Virus record (IMG/VR): IMGVR_UViG_3300047275_000087
Location: 1-54,243 of that record
DNA from: a virus
Lineage: Duplodnaviria > Caudoviricetes
Reading direction: 5' to 3' (one strand)
DNA: 54,243 nucleotides
The notes under the pieces are model-generated. The model made no database searches, was not told where the DNA came from, and saw nothing but the letters and a program-made list of their open reading frames with translations. The translations under genes were made by a program, and so were the position numbers. Every line of letters starts with the position of its first letter. The first letter of the stretch is position 1. Shown one piece after another: positions 1 through 7,847 of the stretch.

Positions 1-127
1 TTTCAGGGATTCCGTCTGCTACCAGTTCTTGTACAAACTGGACTGCATATCGGTCTCTCTTGAACCAGCGGAAGAAAATAGAATCATTCTCTTGCCACTT
101 TACACAGGACTGATTACGCTCTTGGAT
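1..127. repeat. Terminal direct repeat, copy 1 (circular assembly overlap)
   Basis: Positions 1-127 are identical to 54117-54243. The 127-nt length matches a common assembler k-mer, and an ORF reads through the junction. Confidence 0.95.
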
Positions 128-172
128 GCGGGCTTTCCGCTTGCCTTTCGGCGGTACGATTGTGACTTTCAT
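1..172 (-). CDS. Small early hypothetical protein spanning the junction (65 aa; continues 54116 to 54091)
   Basis: ATG at 172 with AGGAG SD at 181-185. Hand translation gives MKVTIVPPKGKRKARIQERNQSCVKWQENDSIFFRWFKRDRYAVQFVQELVADGIPENQIRIVQK, stop at 54091-54093. Confidence 0.75.
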   Translation of the reverse strand, partial: MKVTIVPPKGKRKARIQERNQSCVKWQENDSIFFRWFKRDRYAVQFVQELVADGIPE

Positions 173-194
173 TGCTTTCGCTCCTAGTCATTGT

Positions 195-226
195 AAAAAA
201 GTGGCAGGAAGGTTTCCCTTCCTGCC
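195..226 (-). terminator. Intrinsic terminator after ORF 241-510
   Basis: On the minus strand, GGCAGGAAGG-GAAA-CCTTCCTGCC is followed by ACTTTTTT. Confidence 0.8.
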
Positions 227-240
227 GCCAAGACCGCTAC

Positions 241-510
241 TTAGAACAACTTGGTTTTCACCGTTGTTGCCTTAGGTGCGCCGTCCGCTAAGACTTGCAA
301 TCCTTCCAGACTGCTTGCCTTGAGGTAGATTGCTCCGCCTGCCATTGGTGGGACTGCCGTTGTGAAAGTGTTACCTTTCACTGACTGCTTGACCACCTTT
401 GCCGTAATCCCTGAGAATGTACCATTCTCGTTGATACGGGTTGCTGTGATTTCAACCGTCACAGTAACGGGGGCAATCGACCGCTTAGCGGTAGGGTTGC
501 GTTCACTCAT
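241..510 (-). CDS. Beta-rich hypothetical early protein, paralog A (89 aa)
   Basis: AGGAG SD. Clear similarity to 52971-53234 (shared NENGTFSG, PP.AGGA.Y.K, LADGA and C-terminal KTKLF). Confidence 0.85.
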   Translation of the reverse strand: MSERNPTAKRSIAPVTVTVEITATRINENGTFSGITAKVVKQSVKGNTFTTAVPPMAGGAIYLKASSLEGLQVLADGAPKATTVKTKLF

Positions 511-595
511 GGTGAAACTCCTATGGCTACTTGTTAAAGAGCGGGTGAACGAGCCGATTCACCCGTTCTGTCGCACCGTTATCGCTACGACAATT

Positions 596-629
596 TCAGA
601 TTGACATATCTGTAAAAAATGTCAAACAC
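596..629 (-). promoter_or_regulatory. Putative sigma70-type early promoter for paralog A
   Basis: On the minus strand, TTGACA (625-620), then 16 nt, then an extended -10 TGnCAATCT. The same 34-nt architecture occurs at 53301-53334. Confidence 0.55.
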
Positions 630-821
630 CAGCAAAATCGGGGCTTTCAAGAGGGGGGCATGGGGGCGCGATGCGATGCGTGGCGATTGGCTAGAGGGGG
701 GCACATGGACTGCCGTTGCTACACCCCGCCCCATGATAGTAAACCGCATAAAGCAAGACCCAAAAAAAGGAACGTGTAAAGTTACGCCACCGGGATAAAC
801 CGCAGTAACTTTGATATAAAC

Positions 822-837
822 TGTTCCACGTGAAACC
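822..837. promoter_or_regulatory. parS: parS-like palindrome (chromosomal ParB binding site)
   Basis: TGTTCCACGTGAAACC matches the chromosomal parS consensus TGTTNCACGTGAAACA at 15 of 16 positions and lies in an intergenic region. Confidence 0.7.
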
Positions 838-839
838 GC

Positions 840-869
840 TTGACAACCACGTATCCCACAACATATAGT
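840..869 (+). promoter_or_regulatory. sigma70-like promoter of the packaging operon
   Basis: TTGACA (840-845), an 18-nt spacer, then TATAGT (864-869). The predicted start site falls at or near the ATG at 876. Confidence 0.65.
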
Positions 870-875
870 CGAATC

Positions 876-1352
876 ATGGACACACTTCCACTACACCACG
901 TTAAGTGGTCAGATAGGTTGGCGTTTGATGTAGCCCTCATGCTGGAGGGCAGCGGGGAGACCTTGCAAGAGGTAATCGCCCGACACAAAATATCTGGCAA
1001 CGACATACTGACCTTCAATGCCGACCCGGTATTTCTGAAGAAGGTCGAGCACTATCGCGGCGAAATTCAGGACAAAGGGCTGACGTTCAAACTCAAGGCC
1101 CGTGCACAAGCGGAAGAACTCCTGACAACTTCTTGGGTGTTAATCCACGACCCAGCCGTATCCCCCGCAGTTAAAGCAGACCTCATCAAGTCCACAGTGA
1201 AGTGGGCTGGACTCGAACCAAAGAACGATGCCGTTGCCGAAGGCGGCACTGGCGGCGTGCGCATCACCATCAATCTAGGTGGACAACGCCATGAAACGCA
1301 AGTGATTGAAAACGAGGTGACCGATGTCGCTGCCATCGAGCATACTGAGTAG
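876..1352 (+). CDS. Putative terminase small subunit
   Basis: Helical 158-aa protein upstream of terL with a C-terminal GGVRITINLG strand typical of TerS. ATG 876 is preferred over TTG 840, which is the -35 box. Confidence 0.6.
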   Translation: MDTLPLHHVKWSDRLAFDVALMLEGSGETLQEVIARHKISGNDILTFNADPVFLKKVEHYRGEIQDKGLTFKLKARAQAEELLTTSWVLIHDPAVSPAVKADLIKSTVKWAGLEPKNDAVAEGGTGGVRITINLGGQRHETQVIENEVTDVAAIEHTE

Positions 1353-1533
1353 ATTCGACGAGGAATATGAGGGGTTGAAGATGGCGCGGTTTACTAGCGC
1401 CAGCGAAGCACATAATATGGAGACCAACCTCAAGTGGTTGAACAAGTCTTACAAGACGAAGATTGTCAAACACAAGAGGCGGGGGCGAGAGTTTCTCGTT
1501 ATGATTGTTGAACCATTTACACAAGGAGAATGA
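1324..1533 (+). CDS. Hypothetical protein (69 aa)
   Basis: GAGGTG SD at 1314-1319; tight operon packing. Confidence 0.65.
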   Translation: MSLPSSILSRFDEEYEGLKMARFTSASEAHNMETNLKWLNKSYKTKIVKHKRRGREFLVMIVEPFTQGE

Positions 1534-1534
1534 C

Positions 1535-1801
1535 ATGGAAGGCTACACCGGAGAAGTACGACAATTTGCTGGCACGTTCTGCCCACGAAACTGGGCGTTT
1601 TGCGCTGGGCAGACCATCAAGATTCAGAACAACGCAGCACTGTTTTCCATCATTGGCACGACCTACGGCGGCGACGGGATGCAGACGTTCCAGTTGCCTG
1701 ACCTGCGCTACGACGACAACGGGCGCAAAGTGTATGGCTTTGAGATTGGTAAGCCGGTCTACATGATTTGCATGTACGGTATCTTCCCTGACCGCGAATA
1801 A
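1535..1801 (+). CDS. Stand-alone phage tail-collar domain protein
   Basis: GEVRQFAGTFCPRNWAFCAGQ...ALFSIIGTTYGGDGMQTFQLPDLR is a typical tail-collar (MdpB-like) signature. AGGAG SD precedes ATG 1535. Confidence 0.85.
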   Translation: MEGYTGEVRQFAGTFCPRNWAFCAGQTIKIQNNAALFSIIGTTYGGDGMQTFQLPDLRYDDNGRKVYGFEIGKPVYMICMYGIFPDRE

Positions 1802-3189
1802 TGGCGCTGGACATTAACTATACACCGCCGCCAACTGGCGAGCGGTTTATGGAGTCAGACGCAAAGATGCGCGTTCTGATGGGGCCGGTCGGCTCGGGGA
1901 AATCTGTGACTTCGTCGTTTGAGATTATCAGACGGGCGTCGATGCAGGTTCCCAACCAGCAGGGGATTCGCAAGACACGGGCAGCCATTGTCCGTGAAAC
2001 TGCAAGGCAGTTGCAAGATACGACCATCAAGACATTCTTGGACTGGTTTCCACCGGGGCAGTGCGGCGACTACATGCGCACGACCAAGACCTACTTCTTT
2101 AAGGTAGGCGACATCGAGTGTGAAATCATGTTCCGTGCGTTGGACGACGCAGACGATGTTGCCAACTTGAACTCGTTGGAGTTGACGTTCGCATGGTTCA
2201 ACGAGTGTAGAGACATCCACCCCGACATTGTTGACGCGATGTCAAAGCGTATTGGGCGTTTTCCGTCTGCCAAAGACGGAGGCCCAACGTGGCACGGGAT
2301 GTGGGGCGACACCAACCCTCCGACGATGGACACTTGGTGGTATTACCAGATGGAAGGCTTAGACCCCAAAGATGGCGTATCTCCAAATGACAACGGGTGG
2401 GATGTCTTCAAACAGCCGTCCGGTCGCTCGGCTTTTGCAGAAAACGTCGAGAACCTACCAGACGGATACTACGACACCCAAGGTCGTAGCGAAGAATACA
2501 TTCGGGTTTACATCGACGGAGAGTACGGTCTGTCCTCGGCTGGTATGCCAGTCTACAAGTATTTCAGGCCGGACTACCATATGGCTAAGCAGAGACTTCG
2601 CTATATCAACAATGGGGTTCGACCCATTGTTATTGGGATGGACTTGGGGCTTACCCCAGCCGCTGTCATCGGGCAGCAAGACCCTCGTGGTCGCGCCCTG
2701 ATACTTGGCGAGTGTGTATCGTTTGACATGGGTATCCAGCGGTTCATCCGCACGATGCTCAAGCCGTTACTTTACGAGAAGTTTCCCGGTGCACCAGTAA
2801 TAGTCGTCACCGACCCTGCGGGTGTACAGCGGGCGCAGACCGATGAACGCTCGGCAGTGGACATCATCAAGGCGGAAGGTCTAAGGGTTTTCCCTGCCAA
2901 GACCAATAATGTTTCGGCGCGTATCAATGCAGTCGATGATTTCCTTATGCGTCAAGTTGACGGCGACCCGGCGTTCATCGTGACTCCTGAGTGCACACAA
3001 CTCAAAGCAGCGATGATGGGTGGGTATCGCTACAAGCCCAAAGGTGATGGGGACATTGACAAGAACAAACACTCGCACGTTGCCGAAGCCCTACAGTATC
3101 TGATGCTGCACATCTCCACTGTTGGAGAAGGTACACACCTACCGCAGCGACGAGATATAAAACCAGTTTCCGCCGTCGGGTGGACGTGA
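1801..3189 (+). CDS. terL: Terminase large subunit
   Basis: Walker A GPVGSGKS, Walker B-like FAWFNE, motif III DTNPP, RNase H-like nuclease motif GMDLG and C-terminal SHVAEALQY. Confidence 0.93.
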   Translation: MALDINYTPPPTGERFMESDAKMRVLMGPVGSGKSVTSSFEIIRRASMQVPNQQGIRKTRAAIVRETARQLQDTTIKTFLDWFPPGQCGDYMRTTKTYFFKVGDIECEIMFRALDDADDVANLNSLELTFAWFNECRDIHPDIVDAMSKRIGRFPSAKDGGPTWHGMWGDTNPPTMDTWWYYQMEGLDPKDGVSPNDNGWDVFKQPSGRSAFAENVENLPDGYYDTQGRSEEYIRVYIDGEYGLSSAGMPVYKYFRPDYHMAKQRLRYINNGVRPIVIGMDLGLTPAAVIGQQDPRGRALILGECVSFDMGIQRFIRTMLKPLLYEKFPGAPVIVVTDPAGVQRAQTDERSAVDIIKAEGLRVFPAKTNNVSARINAVDDFLMRQVDGDPAFIVTPECTQLKAAMMGGYRYKPKGDGDIDKNKHSHVAEALQYLMLHISTVGEGTHLPQRRDIKPVSAVGWT

Positions 3190-3201
3190 TATACTAGGTG
3201 T

Positions 3202-3292
3202 ACTGCTTGCAGCAGTTGTCACCTCGGCTGAACCTCCTTCACCAGCCGTTTACCCCCTTGACATGTAATAGTGGCAAGGGGGTTTCTTTTTT
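3202..3292 (+). ncRNA. Candidate small RNA of about 90 nt with anti-SD sequences
   Basis: Extended -10 TGATATACT at 3187-3195. Hairpins at 3202-3216 and 3225-3248 (loop AACCTCCTTCAC), ending in an intrinsic terminator. Confidence 0.4.
3252..3292 (+). terminator. Intrinsic terminator downstream of terL
   Basis: ACCCCCTTG...CAAGGGGGT stem followed by TTCTTTTTT. Confidence 0.8.
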
Positions 3293-3293
3293 C

Positions 3294-3322
3294 TTGACTG
3301 CCTGTATACTTGTTGCTATAAC
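3294..3322 (+). promoter_or_regulatory. sigma70-like promoter of the head operon
   Basis: TTGACT, a 17-nt spacer, then TATAAC with an extended -10 TG. Confidence 0.65.
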
Positions 3323-3354
3323 CATCCTACAATATCTAGTAGGCAGGAGGCCAC

Positions 3355-3543
3355 ATGAAGATTAACCAGAAGGCAAAACCGTTCACTGTCATGTCCACCA
3401 ATCCGAAGATGGACACCAGTGGTATGGCAGGTAAACCTAGACCGATGGAAGTGTACGCGTATACTCCACCACCGATGTCTATTGAAGATATGCTTGAAGT
3501 GCAAGAGCACAAAACCAGTAAGAAACCAGAGATGGATGACTGA
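3355..3543 (+). CDS. Hypothetical protein (62 aa)
   Basis: Strong AGGAGG SD; immediately precedes the portal gene. Confidence 0.7.
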   Translation: MKINQKAKPFTVMSTNPKMDTSGMAGKPRPMEVYAYTPPPMSIEDMLEVQEHKTSKKPEMDD

Positions 3544-3545
3544 CA

Positions 3546-5606
3546 ATGGCTGGACTTAACTTCCTACGCGTCGTAAGTAACACAGATATTGCTCGTCAAG
3601 AGCAAGAGGCTGCTGACAAAGCGTTGGCTGAACGCCAGAATCAACCTATGATTCTTGGTTTGGCCTCGTACTTGCGAGGTTGTTGGGATGTTGCACAGCA
3701 GGCAAAGAAGCCTATCGAGAACAAAATGCTCGTTGCACTACGCCAACGCAACGGCGAGTACGAAGCATCGAAGTTAAAGCAGATTCAATCGCAGGGCGGG
3801 TCTGATATTTTCATGATGATTACCGAAGTCAAGTGCCGCGCAGCGGAATCTTGGCTCCGTGACATCCTTTTGGACACTGGAACTCCCCCTTGGGACATCG
3901 TTCCGACTCCAATTCCTGACCTTTCGCCCATCCAACGCAAGGAAATTCAGGACATTTTCGCCAATTTAGTGCTGAAAATGGTGCAAGAGAACGCTCAAGC
4001 ACCCTCTCAAGACGAAATGTCGCAGGTTAAGGAGATGGTAAGTCAAGATTACCGCTTCAGAATCCTGCAAGACGCACAAACTCGTGCGGATAAGATGAAA
4101 TTGAAGATTCAAGACCAGTTCGCACAGGGCGGATGGGCGGAATCCTTCAACGATTTCATTACCGACCTCGTAACTTACCCTTGTGCCTTCGTAAAAGGCC
4201 CAGTTGTCCGCCGTCAACGCAGGTTGGGGTGGAAATTGGACGCTACTGGGCGTACAACGGTGGAGCCAACCGAGGTTTTGGCTCCTGAATACGAGCGTGT
4301 AGACCCATTCCGTATCTATCCTGAGCCGGGTATCACTCGGATTGAGGATGGCTACCTGTTTGAACACCATCCTCTGACTCGTATGGAGTTGTCAGACCTG
4401 ATTGGTGTGCCCGGCTACGACGAAGATGCCATTCGCAAGGTACTTGAGATTGGTAACGGGCAATCGTGGATTAGCGAAGACATCGAACTACAGAAACAAG
4501 AGGAAGAACGCAAGTACTACTCTTACATGCGCCCAACTGAAGTGTTTGATGCACTAGAGTTTTGGGGTAAGGTCTCCGGAAAAATGCTTATCGAGTGGGG
4601 TATGAGTGAGGAAGAAGTTCCTGATGATGCCCGCGAGTACGACGCCAACGTCTGGATGGTCGGGAACTACGTGATTAAAGCGGTTCTCAACTACGACCCT
4701 CTCGGAGAGAAGCCTTACGCAAAAACATCTTTCATCAAGTGCCCCGGCGCTTTCTGGGGTAAAGGTATCCCTGAAATCATTGAAGATGTCCAGAATGTTT
4801 GTAACGCTTCTGCTCGTGCACTCGTTAACAACATGGGCATTTCTTCAGGGCCACAAGTTGAAGTAAACCTTGAGCGTATACCCCCCAATGAGGACATCAC
4901 ACAGATGCACCCTTGGAAGATATGGCAGGTCACGAACGACCCGATGGGTTCGAGTTCGCCTGCTGTGCGCTTCACGCAGCCTGACGACAACGCTCAGACG
5001 CTGATGGCGGTGTACGACAAGTTTGCTCGTTTGGCGGATGACCACTCTGGTATCCCTGCCTACTTGTATGGTGACTTGAATGTACAAGGTGCTGGTCGCA
5101 CATCATCTGGCTTGTCCATGTTGATGGGTGCGGCAGGTAAAGGTATTCGTCAGGTCGTCGGTCATATTGACGGCGATGTAATCAAACCTATTGTCCAACG
5201 TCAGTTCGTGTACAACATGCGCTACGACGAGGACGAAACAATTAAAGGCGACGCACAAGTGCTCGCCAAAGGCGCAATCAACTTGGCTGTCAAAGAGACT
5301 GTCAACGTGCGCCGTATCGAGTTCCTCAATGCAACCGCCAACCAAGTCGATATGGAAATTGTCGGCAAGGACGGTAGGGCAGCGATTCTTCGTGAAATCG
5401 CCAAAGGGTTGCAAATGCCTGTGGATGACATCATCCCATCTCGGGAAAAAGCCGGGTATGTGGCGCGTCTTAGGTCTCAAGCAGAGGCCGTTGCTGCACA
5501 ACAGCAGCCCCCTCAGGGCGGCGCACCGCAACTCCCAGATGGCTCGCCCAAAGGTGGGATGGAGGGCAACACAGTCAGTAATCGTGTGAGTGGGAGAGCG
5601 GCATGA
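3546..5606 (+). CDS. Portal protein
   Basis: 686 aa, between terL and the scaffold. Contains podovirus portal-like segments (ERVDPFRIYP, FWGKGIPE, RTSSGLSMLM) and a Q/P-rich tail. Confidence 0.88.
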   Translation: MAGLNFLRVVSNTDIARQEQEAADKALAERQNQPMILGLASYLRGCWDVAQQAKKPIENKMLVALRQRNGEYEASKLKQIQSQGGSDIFMMITEVKCRAAESWLRDILLDTGTPPWDIVPTPIPDLSPIQRKEIQDIFANLVLKMVQENAQAPSQDEMSQVKEMVSQDYRFRILQDAQTRADKMKLKIQDQFAQGGWAESFNDFITDLVTYPCAFVKGPVVRRQRRLGWKLDATGRTTVEPTEVLAPEYERVDPFRIYPEPGITRIEDGYLFEHHPLTRMELSDLIGVPGYDEDAIRKVLEIGNGQSWISEDIELQKQEEERKYYSYMRPTEVFDALEFWGKVSGKMLIEWGMSEEEVPDDAREYDANVWMVGNYVIKAVLNYDPLGEKPYAKTSFIKCPGAFWGKGIPEIIEDVQNVCNASARALVNNMGISSGPQVEVNLERIPPNEDITQMHPWKIWQVTNDPMGSSSPAVRFTQPDDNAQTLMAVYDKFARLADDHSGIPAYLYGDLNVQGAGRTSSGLSMLMGAAGKGIRQVVGHIDGDVIKPIVQRQFVYNMRYDEDETIKGDAQVLAKGAINLAVKETVNVRRIEFLNATANQVDMEIVGKDGRAAILREIAKGLQMPVDDIIPSREKAGYVARLRSQAEAVAAQQQPPQGGAPQLPDGSPKGGMEGNTVSNRVSGRAA

Positions 5607-5821
5607 TAAAGCCTGACCCCAAAGTAGTTCATGCTCTAGGCGTGTGTATTCGCCAGTACCCAGAACTTTTGGACTGGATACGCGACTGGCGGACACATGA
5701 ACTTGAGCAACTACCTCACGCGGTAAACAACATGACGCTTTCGCAGGGGCGGTGTCAAGTGTTGGGTGAACTGTATAAGTTCGCCAAAGAGTCCCCTGAA
5801 CTAGCGGCAAAGTCCAAATGA
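5603..5821 (+). CDS. Small post-portal hypothetical protein (72 aa)
   Basis: ATGA overlap with the portal stop; this position between portal and scaffold is typical. Confidence 0.75.
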   Translation: MIKPDPKVVHALGVCIRQYPELLDWIRDWRTHELEQLPHAVNNMTLSQGRCQVLGELYKFAKESPELAAKSK

Positions 5822-5861
5822 CTCGCCGTCTAATCACGCATACCGATAGGAGCGTTTAATC

Positions 5862-6896
5862 ATGGCACTTCCAGAGCAAATTCGCAAACAGACCGAGGCA
5901 GTACAGGAGTTGTACAAGCAAATCAACGGTGATGACAACAATGGCGAGGGGCAACAGCCGTCCGCCGATGGCAATGCGTCGTCTACCGAACAACACCAGA
6001 CCGCCGACGAGAACTCTGCACCGAACAATGCTACTCAGTCATCTGTCAATGAGCAAACAGCAGATGATGAAAAAGGTTCTGAAGACAATACCGTCGTACA
6101 GAAATACAAGACCCTCCAAGGGATGTATAACGCTGAGGTTCCTCGCCTGCACTCGCAGAACAAAGAACTTCAATCACGTTTACAAAGCATGGAGCAGTTG
6201 CTGGCAACGATGTCAGCGCAGCAATCTAATCGGAATAATCAAGTCGCAGATGTGCCTTTGATTACCGACCGTGACCAAGAGGAGTACGGTGAGTCGCTTG
6301 ACGTTATGCGTCGTGTGACCCGCGAGGAACTCATCCCAGTTGCGCAGAAGATTGTGGCGTTGGAGCGAATGATTCAGCAGATGCACGCAAATGTTGTTCC
6401 GCAAGTACAGAACTTGGCTCAACGCCAAGCGCAGTCTACGGAGCAGAACTTCTGGGCGCAGTTGACAGACTTCGTACCTGATTGGCGTTCTATCAATGAC
6501 AACCCTGACTTTCAGTCTTGGCTGTTGCAGGTAGACCCCTTGACTGGTGTGACCCGTCAAACCATCCTAGAAGATGCGCAAAAAAGTCTTGATGTTTTCC
6601 GTGTAGGTAACTTCTTCAAATCTTGGCTTGAGTTCACTGGACAAGCCAATGTTGCTCAGACAAACCGTCGGACAGCGACTGCTTCCGAGTTGGAGAAACA
6701 AGTAGCGCCGGGTCGTTCCCGCAATACTGGTACTCCGACAGGAACAAGCGCCAAGAGTTATTCACCTGATGACATCAAAATCTTCTTCAACGATGTGAGG
6801 TCAGGTAAATACAAAGGGCGTGAGGCAGAGCGTGACCGAATTGAACGTGACATTTTCGCTGCACAGCGAGAAGGTCGCATACTTGTTAACGCTTGA
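5862..6896 (+). CDS. Capsid scaffolding protein (putative)
   Basis: Acidic disordered N-terminus plus coiled coils, directly upstream of the capsid gene. Confidence 0.75.
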   Translation: MALPEQIRKQTEAVQELYKQINGDDNNGEGQQPSADGNASSTEQHQTADENSAPNNATQSSVNEQTADDEKGSEDNTVVQKYKTLQGMYNAEVPRLHSQNKELQSRLQSMEQLLATMSAQQSNRNNQVADVPLITDRDQEEYGESLDVMRRVTREELIPVAQKIVALERMIQQMHANVVPQVQNLAQRQAQSTEQNFWAQLTDFVPDWRSINDNPDFQSWLLQVDPLTGVTRQTILEDAQKSLDVFRVGNFFKSWLEFTGQANVAQTNRRTATASELEKQVAPGRSRNTGTPTGTSAKSYSPDDIKIFFNDVRSGKYKGREAERDRIERDIFAAQREGRILVNA

Positions 6897-6912
6897 TTAG
6901 AGGAGTTTCATC

Positions 6913-7821
6913 ATGGCATATCCAAACGCCGCTGGCCGCCCCCAGTATTCGGGCAATTTCATTCCCGAGATTTGGTCGGGCAAACTGATTGAGAATTTCT
7001 ACGACGCCACTGTGCTCGCAGCAATCTCTAACACTGACTACGAAGGTGAGATTCGTCAGTACGGTGATACGGTCAACATCCGTACCACTCCTGAAATCAC
7101 CATCCGTACTTACACCAAGGGTCAAACTCTACAAGTAGAGAACCCTGACAAGCCTAAACTGCAATTGCTCATCGACAAGGGCGAGTACTTCTCTTGTATC
7201 GAAGACGATGTGGACAAAGTTCAATCTGACATCGCATTGATGGACACTTGGTCTAAAGACGCTTCTGAGCGTATGAAGATTAAGATTGACCAACGCGTGT
7301 TGACTGACCTGTTGCCGGACATTGCTTCGACCAACAAAGGTGCAACCGCTGGTCGTATCACTGGAAACATCGACTTGGGCACAACTGGTTCCCCAATCGC
7401 TATCTCTAAGACCAACGTGTTGGATTACATCGTTGACTTGGGTACTGTGTTGGACGAAGCCAATGCTCCTGAGGCTGGTCGCTTCTTGGTTATTCCTGCA
7501 AAGATGGCAGGCATGATTAAGAAATCTGACCTGAAGGATGCTTCTATTACTGGTGACAGCATGTCTGTTATCCGTAATGGTCGTTTGGGCATGATTGACC
7601 GTTTCACCATTTACATGAGCCACAACCTGTCCGTTTCTAGCGGCAAGTTCAGCCTCATCGCTGGTCACAAAATGGGCTTCACTTTTGCTTCACAAATGAC
7701 CAACATGGAAACCATTCGCTCTGAGTCAACCTTCGGTAATATCGTCCGTGGTCTTCAAGTTTATGGTTACAAAGTCGTTAAGCCTGAGGCTCTTGCCCAA
7801 GGCATCGTGACTTTGGCTTAA
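6913..7821 (+). CDS. Major capsid protein
   Basis: 302 aa. N-terminal FIPEIWSGKL...YEGEI..GDTVNI and C-terminal VRGLQVYGYKVVKPEAL motifs of HK97-fold coat proteins; GAGGAG SD. Confidence 0.9.
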   Translation: MAYPNAAGRPQYSGNFIPEIWSGKLIENFYDATVLAAISNTDYEGEIRQYGDTVNIRTTPEITIRTYTKGQTLQVENPDKPKLQLLIDKGEYFSCIEDDVDKVQSDIALMDTWSKDASERMKIKIDQRVLTDLLPDIASTNKGATAGRITGNIDLGTTGSPIAISKTNVLDYIVDLGTVLDEANAPEAGRFLVIPAKMAGMIKKSDLKDASITGDSMSVIRNGRLGMIDRFTIYMSHNLSVSSGKFSLIAGHKMGFTFASQMTNMETIRSESTFGNIVRGLQVYGYKVVKPEALAQGIVTLA

Positions 7822-7847
7822 TCAACATTTAACAGGAGATTTGTAAC

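Noticed and set aside
851-860. DnaA box near parS
   Set aside because: GTATCCCACA does not match TTATNCACA without an indel, and I saw no DnaA-box cluster in the iteron region.
2185-2210. Terminase Walker B reads NE instead of DE, suggesting inactivation
   Set aside because: All other motifs are intact and I recall NE variants in this terminase group; there is no sign of decay.
5103-5837. Long antisense ORFs (e.g. 5103-5837, 12017-12685, 21370-21993, 28104-28766, 30006-30620)
   Set aside because: They are shadows of well-supported sense genes, with no SD or recognisable motifs.
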